Of a DNA stretch of 64,000 nt, positions 8,533-16,262 are shown in pieces. The DNA lies in assembly GCA_020348345.1 (NCBI GenBank), contig CP070748.1:1503682-1567681 (forward strand), read 5' to 3'. The DNA is from Methanobacteriota archaeon. Lineage in GTDB: Archaea > Thermoplasmatota > Thermoplasmata > UBA10834. The notes under the pieces are model-generated. The model did no database searches. It worked only from the letters and a program-made list of their open reading frames with translations, and was not told where the DNA came from. The translations under genes were made by a program, and so were the position numbers. Numbering within the stretch: position 1 is the first letter of the stretch; each line of letters opens with the position of its first letter.

Positions 8533-9730
8533 CCTCGAATTCTATATTGAGCCAGCTGCCCTCCTCCTCAGCGCATAGGACTGGTTTGCCCACGAGCGCG
8601 TGGGGCAGACTGATCGACTTCTTGAACGCTCCCAGCTGCAACGTCAGAACATCCTTTCGCGTATATAGCTCTAGTTTCTGGTCCATAGTGAAAGGCAGCT
8701 TGATTGCGAGCACGATCCTGTCTCCCTTGTCTATTATCTTCATGGGGGATTCGAGCGAGTATGCAACTGTGGGATCATCCTTTCCGAAGATCTCGTCCGC
8801 GAGCTGGCTGAGCGCCAACGTGCCGATCACCTCTCTCTGCATCTGATGAGCGCGCATTATGCGAAGAGGGGAGAATATCCCGTCGATCATCTTGAGATAG
8901 CGTCGCTGTTCCTCCAGTTTGTCCCTGAAGTACTCCTCCTGGAGCTCTTCGGGCACGACTCTGTTGACGATCATGCTCTCGACAGTGTAGCCGTACATGC
9001 ACAGGTATGTGTAGGCCCGCTGTGTCTCAGTGATTACCATCTTCTCCGGGTTGAGGACAAGCCTGATGGACGTCGTCTCGGGATCCGTCAGCAGGTCCCG
9101 GACGTAGGTCAGCCTTTCCCGAAGGCTCTCGAGATCGTCCAGAAACTGCTCTGAAGGGATCGGAGCCGTCATGAGTCTGCCCACGGTGACTCTCGCGATC
9201 CTGATGACGTTTTTCACCATGTGGAAGAGGTGATCGAAGTACCAATTGGCGATATCCGGGAATGCGAGCAGGCGAAGCGTGTCCGCAGTGGGAGCTGTGT
9301 CCATGATGACGATGTCGTATTCTCCACTCTTATGCCACTCCTCCACGTAGAACAGAGCCGACATGAGCTCCATGCCGGGAAACACCGCCATCTCCTTTGC
9401 CGTGACGCCATCCATACCCTGCGAAGCAAGGAAATCCGAGAAGTACGATTGGATCTCCCTCCAGCGCGTCTCGAGTTCGAGCTGCATGTCGACCTCGATC
9501 CCATCGAGGTTGTCCGATATCTTCTGCAGCGTACCGGTGAGGCTGATGTCGAGTGCATCTGAGAGGCTGTGGGCCGAGTCGGTGCTTATGATCACAGTCC
9601 TGTGCCCGAGCTCGGCCGCCCTGAGCGCAGTCGCGGCGGCGACGGAGGTCTTTCCGACGCCGCCCTTTCCGGTGTAGACTATGACCCTCGTGCAAGCACC
9701 ACCTTGGAGAACCGTGAACACGCTGCCCAT
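8447..9730 (-). CDS. ArsA/GET3-family ATPase with C-terminal HSP20-like domain
   Basis: Deviant Walker A GKGGVGKTSVAAA, TDSAHSLSD, DTAPTADTLRLL. The C-terminal beta-sandwich-like segment ends in WLNIEFEG and is followed by a basic low-complexity tail. Confidence 0.85.
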   Translation of the reverse strand: MGSVFTVLQGGACTRVIVYTGKGGVGKTSVAAATALRAAELGHRTVIISTDSAHSLSDALDISLTGTLQKISDNLDGIEVDMQLELETRWREIQSYFSDFLASQGMDGVTAKEMAVFPGMELMSALFYVEEWHKSGEYDIVIMDTAPTADTLRLLAFPDIANWYFDHLFHMVKNVIRIARVTVGRLMTAPIPSEQFLDDLESLRERLTYVRDLLTDPETTSIRLVLNPEKMVITETQRAYTYLCMYGYTVESMIVNRVVPEELQEEYFRDKLEEQRRYLKMIDGIFSPLRIMRAHQMQREVIGTLALSQLADEIFGKDDPTVAYSLESPMKIIDKGDRIVLAIKLPFTMDQKLELYTRKDVLTLQLGAFKKSISLPHALVGKPVLCAEEEGSWLNIEFEGDEVGKRKGRKRRGGGKKARKAPRRDSD

Positions 9731-9736
9731 CGATAA

Positions 9737-9844
9737 TGGTGTCGGGGACGGGGTTTGAACCCGTGACCTTCGGATATCCGAGGAGCATCTGGTCAGAAGA
9801 ACTCCCTATGAGTCCGACGCTCCACCAGGCTGAGCCACCCCGAC
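9737..9844 (-). tRNA. tRNA-Met (elongator) or tRNA-Ile2, anticodon CAT, with a 31-nt intron at 37/38 and genomically encoded CCA
   Basis: The reverse complement folds as GTCGGGG-TG-GCTC-AGCCTGGTG-GAGC-G-TCGGA-CTCATA[GGGAGTTCTTCTGACCAGATGCTCCTCGGAT]A-TCCGA-AGGTC-ACGGG-TTCAAAC-CCCGT-CCCCGAC-A-CCA. It is not initiator-like: G1:C72 and no 3xGC anticodon stem. Confidence 0.85.
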
Positions 9845-9893
9845 TTTCTCGTGTTTGACATCAGGTTTCTGCGTAATGAAGCGAGCGCTGCAT

Positions 9894-10715
9894 CTACCGC
9901 TTATCCTCATCGGTAGGTTCGTCACCATCGCTGCTCTCCGATGGTTTCGGCGGGGCTTCGTCCCCTCCTGAAGCGGCGGAATCCTCTTGCTGCGCCGGTG
10001 ACGCCTCATCGGAAACAGCCTCTGCAGCCGCCTCCTCAGCTGGCTTATCAGTGTCCTCTGCAGCCGTTTCCTCCTGAGGTTCTGGCGCGTTTATCGGCGT
10101 CTCCTCCCCCGGAGAAGGCATCTTACCAATGCTGGTCACCTCGCTTCTCCGTATCTCAATTCTCTTGATTGGAACGATCTTCCTCGAGGCATCGGACACC
10201 GCTCGTGAGAGATCTCCCATTATCAGCTTCCTGACGAACTCGCCGATCGTGGATTCTGACGCGACACGTTTGATCTCGTCGTCCATGATTCGTCTTATGG
10301 CGGTTTCCTGTGACGCCTGGATTCTCTGCTCCGAAACCGCCATCGGCTTGACGGCAATGCCCCATCCATCCTTGGTGGTGACCTTCACCACGGTATCGGT
10401 TTTGGTACGCTTCCTCCTCGTGAGCCTTCGGACGTAATCGCTTGTGAGGTTGTGCCCAGCAAATATCGTGTGGGCATCAAGACCCCTCACGTCGTTTACC
10501 TTGAACCTCAGCTTGATGTGCATCTTCGAGAAATCGCCCGTCAGGTCCTGAACAGTGGCTTCCGTTACCCGTCCCACCAGATGGCTCGAACTTTCGGCGG
10601 GGGTCTCTCCCAGCTGCATCTGGCTGAACATGTCCGGAGCATACACCTTGTACCATTCCTTGGCCCGCCATCTGTCCTTGACCTTCTTCGCTGCAGCCCT
10701 TGGTTTTTGAGCCAT
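9894..10715 (-). CDS. rps3ae: 30S ribosomal protein S3Ae (eS1) with a long acidic C-terminal extension
   Basis: Inside track ORF 9894..10883. The start at M57 gives MAQKPRAAAKKVKDRWRAKEWYKVYAP..., typical of S3Ae. The last ~75 aa are E/D/A/P/S-rich. Confidence 0.9.
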   Translation of the reverse strand: MAQKPRAAAKKVKDRWRAKEWYKVYAPDMFSQMQLGETPAESSSHLVGRVTEATVQDLTGDFSKMHIKLRFKVNDVRGLDAHTIFAGHNLTSDYVRRLTRRKRTKTDTVVKVTTKDGWGIAVKPMAVSEQRIQASQETAIRRIMDDEIKRVASESTIGEFVRKLIMGDLSRAVSDASRKIVPIKRIEIRRSEVTSIGKMPSPGEETPINAPEPQEETAAEDTDKPAEEAAAEAVSDEASPAQQEDSAASGGDEAPPKPSESSDGDEPTDEDKR

Positions 10716-10907
10716 GTGATACCTCTGGTTCGACGATTGGAATGCCTCGATAACGGAATTCCGTATTAAAAGGTTGCTGCGGACCATGGGGGTGAAATCG
10801 AGCGCGACCGCCACGGCGCGGAGACCGGCCACGATTCCGGGCACCCGGAGCTCGGCAAGCCTGGATATCAGTGCATCCATCATCTGGACGGCTAACAGAT
10901 TCGTGGC

Positions 10908-12299
10908 CTACGATCCCTTCTCTGAAGTCTCGACGAACTTCCAGAACAGTGTAACGACGCTCTTCTCGAACTCCCTCATTCCATCGACCACGGCGAACTC
11001 GTTCGGCGCGTGTGCCTTTCCGCCATGGCCTAGTCCGGCGCAACCCCACGGAACACCTAGGAACTGATCGAACAGGTAGAACGGGGCGGAGCCTGCAGTC
11101 ATAGGCCAGATCTCGGGCTCTCTTCCATGGTATCTCATGGCTTCGATGCAGGCCTTTGACACGGTCTCGTTCACAGAGACCTTGGTCCAAGGATAGTCCT
11201 CGTATCTGCCGATCTTCAGATCCGAGAATCCCCGCTTCTTCAGATGGTCCGCTACCCTCTTGTAGGTCCTCTCGATTGACATGTTGGGTACGAGGCGAAT
11301 GTCTATCTTCGCTCTTGCGCTGTCTGGGAGGATAGTCTTCGACCCTTCTCCATTGTAGCCTGCGACTATGCCGTCTATGTTGAGGGAAGGCTCGAACAGG
11401 TATTTTCTGAGCAGCTTCTCCTTCGAGCCCTTCACCTTGAATTTCTCCACGCCAGCCTCTCGGGCGTAGTTCACGGGATCGAATACCTTGCAGAGCTTCC
11501 TCACCAGCGCGAGGTCCTCTTTGGAGGGCTCCACCACGTCTTCCCACATGCCGTCTATTGCTGGGTCTTGGTTCTCGTCCACCATGCTGGAGATCGCCTT
11601 CACCAGCCTCCAGACGGGGCTCTCGATGATGACCGCATCGCTACTGTGTATATCGCCGTTCATCGGTCCGCCGCGCTTCGACCCCCTAGTTGATAGATCG
11701 AGGTACATGCAGCCTTTCATACCCAGCGATATCACAGGAATCCCGTTCGCGTTCTCACCGTAATCGAATCCGAAGGCGACGTCCGCTTTGGATAGCTTCG
11801 TCTTGTTCTTGCGCACATACTTGGGGAAGCTGTCTCCGCCAAGCTCCTCCTCTCCTTCAAGGAGGAAATGCACGTTCATCGGAAGCTCGTCCCGTTCGAG
11901 CATTGTCTCTATAGCAAGAAGGGTTCCGACCAGCGATGCCTTCGAATTGAAGACCCCACGGTTCACCAACACCTTGCCAAATGGCTCTCGTTTGACGATG
12001 GTCGCGCCGAACGGAGGCTGGTCCCAGAGGTCTGGGTCTCCAGGCGGCTGCACATCGTACATTCCATAGAGCAGTGCTGTTTTGCTGGCTCCGACATCGA
12101 GATCCCCAACAACCATTGGATGGCTGTCACTGTTTGCCTTGAACTGTGTGACTTTCGCACCCATTTCGGAGAGCATCTCGGAGAGTGCTCCTGCGGTCTC
12201 CTGTATCCCTTCGCCTGTCATGGAAACGCTCGGGATACGCAAAATATCTCTTGTCGTTCGCAGATGCCTTGGCCAGAGCTTGTCGATGTCCCTGTGCAT
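10908..12299 (-). CDS. M20 family metallopeptidase (ArgE/DapE/dipeptidase-like)
   Basis: Track ORF 10908..12401. MYDVQPPGDPDLWDQPPFG and LLEGEEELGG motifs. Start set at M35 (MHRDIDKLW) because the 5' 100 nt overlap a plausible small CDS; ATG 12401 is the alternative. Confidence 0.8.
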   Translation of the reverse strand: MHRDIDKLWPRHLRTTRDILRIPSVSMTGEGIQETAGALSEMLSEMGAKVTQFKANSDSHPMVVGDLDVGASKTALLYGMYDVQPPGDPDLWDQPPFGATIVKREPFGKVLVNRGVFNSKASLVGTLLAIETMLERDELPMNVHFLLEGEEELGGDSFPKYVRKNKTKLSKADVAFGFDYGENANGIPVISLGMKGCMYLDLSTRGSKRGGPMNGDIHSSDAVIIESPVWRLVKAISSMVDENQDPAIDGMWEDVVEPSKEDLALVRKLCKVFDPVNYAREAGVEKFKVKGSKEKLLRKYLFEPSLNIDGIVAGYNGEGSKTILPDSARAKIDIRLVPNMSIERTYKRVADHLKKRGFSDLKIGRYEDYPWTKVSVNETVSKACIEAMRYHGREPEIWPMTAGSAPFYLFDQFLGVPWGCAGLGHGGKAHAPNEFAVVDGMREFEKSVVTLFWKFVETSEKGS

Positions 12300-12370
12300 G
12301 TCCTCTATCGTCACGGTGTCCCCTCCGTTCGACTCATTTCGGTTTCGCTTTCTGACTAATGACGCGGCAC

Positions 12371-12508
12371 TCAGTTGCCGAGGAACCTCGGCTTGTGCCA
12401 TTTCTCGTCCTCAACCAAGGATTGGACCGGAGCGTTGTGGCAGGCGACAGCCTTCGCCTCTTCATCATAGACCTTTCCGCAAATGAAGCACTTGTAGATC
12501 CTCTTCAT
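12371..12508 (-). CDS. 45-aa zinc-finger-like small protein (CxxC-x12-CH)
   Basis: Hand-translated because it is below the track cut-off: MKRIYKCFICGKVYDEEAKAVACHNAPVQSLVEDEKWHKPRFLGN*. ATG at 12508, TGA at 12371-12373. Confidence 0.35.
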   Translation of the reverse strand: MKRIYKCFICGKVYDEEAKAVACHNAPVQSLVEDEKWHKPRFLGN

Positions 12509-12573
12509 CTCAGTCCGCCTTTTGGTGTGCCCGAAAAGGCGTCTGTGCTAAATGAAGCTTACTGGCGTACCGC

Positions 12574-12843
12574 TCAGGGCAGATGCATCGCCAGTGCATC
12601 TCGAGAGTCAGCAGCCAGCTTCGCATCCTGGTCTGCCAGCCTCTTCTCCAGCTCCTGAAGGCTTATCGGGTCCTTGATGAACACGGGGACATAGGAACTC
12701 GTTGTCTCGATGACGAGTATCGCAACCATCTCATCCTCGTCAAGCTCGCGCTCCTCCACGGACGCGCGGAACTCAACAAAGGGGCGGATCTCCGGAGGCA
12801 CGTTGCGCACCTCTGTCACTACCAGCAGTCTCGCAACGTGCAT
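12574..12843 (-). CDS. hypothetical protein
   Basis: 89-aa ORF 20 nt downstream of hdrB on the same strand. No family recognised. Confidence 0.4.
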   Translation of the reverse strand: MHVARLLVVTEVRNVPPEIRPFVEFRASVEERELDEDEMVAILVIETTSSYVPVFIKDPISLQELEKRLADQDAKLAADSRDALAMHLP

Positions 12844-12863
12844 CTCCGACCGTCTCCTGGGTT

Positions 12864-13715
12864 TCAGAGGTTTACCTTAACCTGGTGGCATTCGAGTCCG
12901 AGCTTCTCCTTGTCGAGTCCGAACGCGAGGCCGAGCAGCTGTGATAGGTGCAGCACAGGTATGTTGTAGTCCTTGAGCTGGGGCTGGCTGACGTCGTACT
13001 GCAGATGGCAGAACGGGCAACAATCGACAATGACCTCCACGCCCGCGCTGGTCATGTTGTCGAGGTTCTCCTTCGTCATCTTGAGCGAGACGTCCGGAGT
13101 CCTCGCCCTAACGCCTCCGCCAGCACCGCAGCAGGTGCCCTTGTCCTTGTACGCGATGCTGTCCATACCCGCGGCCTCTACGAGGTCGTCGAAGATGCGC
13201 GGCCTCTCTGCGTCGTCGATCTTCTTTATGTTGCTCGGCTTGAGGAAGTGGCAGCCGTAGTGAACAGCGGCCTTCAGTGGCTTGTCACCCTTGACCTTTG
13301 CCTTGATCGCATCGACGCCCACTTCCTTATGCAGCAGCTCGACGAAGTGTCTCACCGTTACGGTTCCGTTGTATTCGACGCCCGCGGCATCCTTCAGTAT
13401 CTTGTTCACTTTCGCTCTGAGCTCCTCGTCATGGTTCAGTTTGTGAGCTACCTCGAAGAGCGTGTCGAAGCATCCGTTGCAGATGGTGACGATGTCCACG
13501 CCCATCTTCTCGGCGATAGCCAGGTTCCTGGCGGCTACGGCCATCCAGTATGTCTGGTCGAACGATCTCATCACGCCCGGCGCGGGGCAGCAGCTCGCGC
13601 CGTTCATGTCGACGAGCTCCACGCCGAGCGCGTCGGCGACAGCTCTGGTAGAGCTCTCTATGCCCGGGTATCGGAGGGGCATGATGCAGCCCAGGAAGAA
13701 ACCGTATTTCGCCAT
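12864..13715 (-). CDS. hdrB: heterodisulfide reductase subunit B-like protein (two CCG domains)
   Basis: YGFFLGCIMP...ASCCPAPG and GTCCGAGGG / CCPFC motifs. ATG 13715 is preceded by AAGGAGG. The track start 13754 would overlap hdrC by 38 nt. Confidence 0.85.
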   Translation of the reverse strand: MAKYGFFLGCIMPLRYPGIESSTRAVADALGVELVDMNGASCCPAPGVMRSFDQTYWMAVAARNLAIAEKMGVDIVTICNGCFDTLFEVAHKLNHDEELRAKVNKILKDAAGVEYNGTVTVRHFVELLHKEVGVDAIKAKVKGDKPLKAAVHYGCHFLKPSNIKKIDDAERPRIFDDLVEAAGMDSIAYKDKGTCCGAGGGVRARTPDVSLKMTKENLDNMTSAGVEVIVDCCPFCHLQYDVSQPQLKDYNIPVLHLSQLLGLAFGLDKEKLGLECHQVKVNL

Positions 13716-13716
13716 A

Positions 13717-14241
13717 TCACTTGCCTCCTTCAGCGACGAGTTTGTCGAAACCACACAGCGAGGCTATCTTCACGACTTCCTCCTGTGCCTTCGAATCCGA
13801 GAATACCGTTGGGGGCGTCTCATCGAGTCCCAGCTTTCCTCTCAGCGCCTTGTCCTGGTCTCTTAGGGTCACGAGGTGACCCGTCTTCGATATCAGCTCC
13901 GCAACCTTTCTGTGCGGCTCAGCCATGTGACCCTGCCTCACGGCCATGTTCCTCAGGGCCATGACGATGTCGACGATCTCGACTCCTCTCGGACACCTCT
14001 CATAGCACGTGAAACATGTCGTGCAAAGCCACAGATCCTCCGAGGGCAGAACGTCCTCCTCGAATCCCAGCTGGGCTCTTCGCACCAATTTCCTTATCCT
14101 GAAGGCGGTCTGCCTCCCAGATGGGCAGCTTCCGGTGCACGTCCCGCACTGGAAGCAGAGATTGACGGTCGCACCCCCTGCTTCAATTACCTTTCTTGTG
14201 AATTCCGGTTTGGGCTCTTTGGCGTCAGCCATGCTTCTCAC
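13717..14241 (-). CDS. hdrC: heterodisulfide reductase subunit C-like protein (2x 4Fe-4S)
   Basis: CFQCGTCTGSCP and CTTCFTCYERCP motifs. Immediately upstream of hdrB. Confidence 0.85.
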   Translation of the reverse strand: MRSMADAKEPKPEFTRKVIEAGGATVNLCFQCGTCTGSCPSGRQTAFRIRKLVRRAQLGFEEDVLPSEDLWLCTTCFTCYERCPRGVEIVDIVMALRNMAVRQGHMAEPHRKVAELISKTGHLVTLRDQDKALRGKLGLDETPPTVFSDSKAQEEVVKIASLCGFDKLVAEGGK

Positions 14242-14297
14242 CGAGCGGGTGGACGGAGACGACCGTATATGAGGGTTTTGCTGAAAAGGGTATAGCG

Positions 14298-15119
14298 TTA
14301 CCTTTTAGGGTAAAGCCCAACTCTCCTGGCATGCATCACGAACTCATCGTTGTCGGCGTGTTCCGTGCACGGCAACGCCACGATTGCATGGCTAGACCAG
14401 TCCTGTTCCCTCGCGTTACTGGCGGAGAGGATGCCACGTCTCACAAGGCTGCGATTGACGAAGTAGCTGAGATCCGTCAGGTCTAGAAGCGCGGGCTCGA
14501 AGATATGGCGTGCGATGGTGTATTCGATCCCCTCCTGTTGGAGATACCTGAAGCCGAGCCTCTGAGCGCCGAACGCCAGCCTGACGTAGTCCTTCCCCGA
14601 CTTCCTGAGGAGGAGCATGTCAGGGCCGATCTCGACGCCTTCGACTCGATCTGCGAGTTCCATTGCACGCAGCGGATCGTCGACAACGACGCAGTCGACG
14701 CGCTGTTCGTCCATCAGCCTCAGGTTCTCGTCGTCGGTCGAGATGGTCACGCGGCATTCGACGCCCCTCTGTGTCAGCGCCGATGCCGCGCTCAGAAGGC
14801 ACAGCTCTGACACGAGCGTGCCCGCCACATGGATTGTGTCCCTGTCTTCAGCGCGGAGTCTGAGCGCCTCGACCTTCGCCAACAGGCTGGATCCGAACGG
14901 CGTAAGCTTCGTCCCTCGGCTGTCTGAACGCACGACTCTCTCGCCGCAACGCGTCTCCACCTCCTTCACATACTTGTGAAGCACAGGCGTGGATATGCCG
15001 AGCGAGGCCGCGGCCCGCCTCATACTTCCTCTATCCCGAACGGCGGCAAGAGCCTCGAGCTGTCTATTGGTGACCTCTCCTTCCTCGGTCACAATGATCA
15101 CTCTGGGTGCAACCTTCAT
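14298..15119 (-). CDS. LysR-type HTH regulator with a periplasmic-binding-protein-like effector domain
   Basis: N-terminus LEALAAVRDRGSMRRAAASLGISTPVLHKYVKEVETRCGERVVRSDSRGTKLTPFG is HTH_1 (LysR/ModE-like). 273 aa. Confidence 0.65.
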   Translation of the reverse strand: MKVAPRVIIVTEEGEVTNRQLEALAAVRDRGSMRRAAASLGISTPVLHKYVKEVETRCGERVVRSDSRGTKLTPFGSSLLAKVEALRLRAEDRDTIHVAGTLVSELCLLSAASALTQRGVECRVTISTDDENLRLMDEQRVDCVVVDDPLRAMELADRVEGVEIGPDMLLLRKSGKDYVRLAFGAQRLGFRYLQQEGIEYTIARHIFEPALLDLTDLSYFVNRSLVRRGILSASNAREQDWSSHAIVALPCTEHADNDEFVMHARRVGLYPKR

Positions 15120-15125
15120 GCGCGA

Positions 15126-16262
15126 TCATCCCCTCTTCTTCAGGCTGTAAGCGCTCAGCAATAGCGTCCCCGCGGCGAAACCCGCCAGCACTACAAGCTG
15201 AGGCCAGATCTCACCTGCGTCCCATCCTCTGATCATGACTGACCTGCAAGCGTCGACGGCATATGTGAGCGGAATGAAATCCGAGACGGGCCTAAGCAGG
15301 TCCGGGACCGCCTCCAAGGGCCAGAACACCCCCGCGAGGAGAATCGACGGAAACAATATGAGCGGCGTAAACTGCACTGCCTGGAACTCGTTCTTGGCGA
15401 TCGACGACAACAGGAATCCCAGTCCCTGGCTGCCTATGCCCAGGAGGAATATCGTAAGCAGGACCAACAGCGCGTTCCCTGCTATGCTAACCTGGAACAG
15501 AAGCATCGCAGCGGCGAGGATCACGGCCGATTGAACCAACGCAACCAAGCCGAATGCGAGCGCGTACCCTCCGACGATCTCGCCTTCTGTCGCGGGGGTT
15601 GCAAGGAGCCTGTCGAGCGTCCCTGTCGAGCGCTCTCGCACGAAGGATATGATGGAAAGCATGAAGGTGATCATCATAGCCGCCAGTCCCATCACCCCAG
15701 GAGCGAAGAAGTCGATGAACTCTGCATCCTCACCGTAGATCCTGTCCTCCGAAACGGTGATTGCAGGGTTCGCGCCGTAATAGCCTACAAGGACCGCCTG
15801 GACTGCCGTCTGCAGCTCCGCGACGACTGCCTGAGCGATGTTCGGATTGGACGCGTCGATATGAACTTCGACCGTCGCTGGCGCCGCGCTCGAGCCCGTG
15901 CGAGAAGCCTCTATCGCCTCCTCCACTCGAACTGTGAACTCCGGAGCGAAGATGATCGCTGCCCATGCCTCCCCGTCCTTCACAGCGTTCATGCCCTCAT
16001 CCCGGTCTTCAGAGGTCCCTATCCGCAACACATCCCTTCCAGCCAGATCCTCCCTGATAAGGGCCGCCACCGAGCCGTTCGCGCTTCCTGCGTCGAGGTC
16101 GACGACAACCACATCGACATCCTTGATGTCGCCTCCAAAGGTGTAGCCGAAGATCGCTATCATGAACAATGGCATGAGCACCAGGAATCCGGCCGTTCTG
16201 CGGTCGTGTTTCAACGACCGGAGCGTCTTCAACGCTATCGCATACGCTCTGACGAGGTTCAA
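15126..16262 (-). CDS. ABC-2 type transporter permease
   Basis: 378 aa. N-terminal TM helix, a large extracytoplasmic loop and a C-terminal 5-TM ABC-2 domain. 4-nt overlap with the ATPase gene. Confidence 0.85.
   Translation of the reverse strand: MNLVRAYAIALKTLRSLKHDRRTAGFLVLMPLFMIAIFGYTFGGDIKDVDVVVVDLDAGSANGSVAALIREDLAGRDVLRIGTSEDRDEGMNAVKDGEAWAAIIFAPEFTVRVEEAIEASRTGSSAAPATVEVHIDASNPNIAQAVVAELQTAVQAVLVGYYGANPAITVSEDRIYGEDAEFIDFFAPGVMGLAAMMITFMLSIISFVRERSTGTLDRLLATPATEGEIVGGYALAFGLVALVQSAVILAAAMLLFQVSIAGNALLVLLTIFLLGIGSQGLGFLLSSIAKNEFQAVQFTPLILFPSILLAGVFWPLEAVPDLLRPVSDFIPLTYAVDACRSVMIRGWDAGEIWPQLVVLAGFAAGTLLLSAYSLKKRG

Noticed and set aside
10790-10907. GC-rich structured stretch between the M20 peptidase stop and the S3Ae promoter; on the minus strand AGATGATGG…CTGA resembles C and D' boxes
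   Set aside because: The C-to-D' spacing is only ~5 nt and there is no second C'/D pair, so it does not fit a C/D-box sRNA. The CCGGG-TG-CCCGG hairpin alone is insufficient to call a terminator in an archaeon.
10477-11547. 356-aa Arg/Gly-rich ORF on the minus strand
   Set aside because: It lies in an alternative frame of the same strand as the well-supported M20 peptidase and S3Ae genes. Its composition (R/G/E runs) is typical of a shadow frame in GC-rich coding DNA.
12948-13964. 338-aa ORF antisense to hdrB/hdrC
   Set aside because: The opposite strand encodes proteins with unmistakable CCG and 4Fe-4S motifs. The antisense product is low-complexity (A/R/H/V-rich) with no recognisable family.
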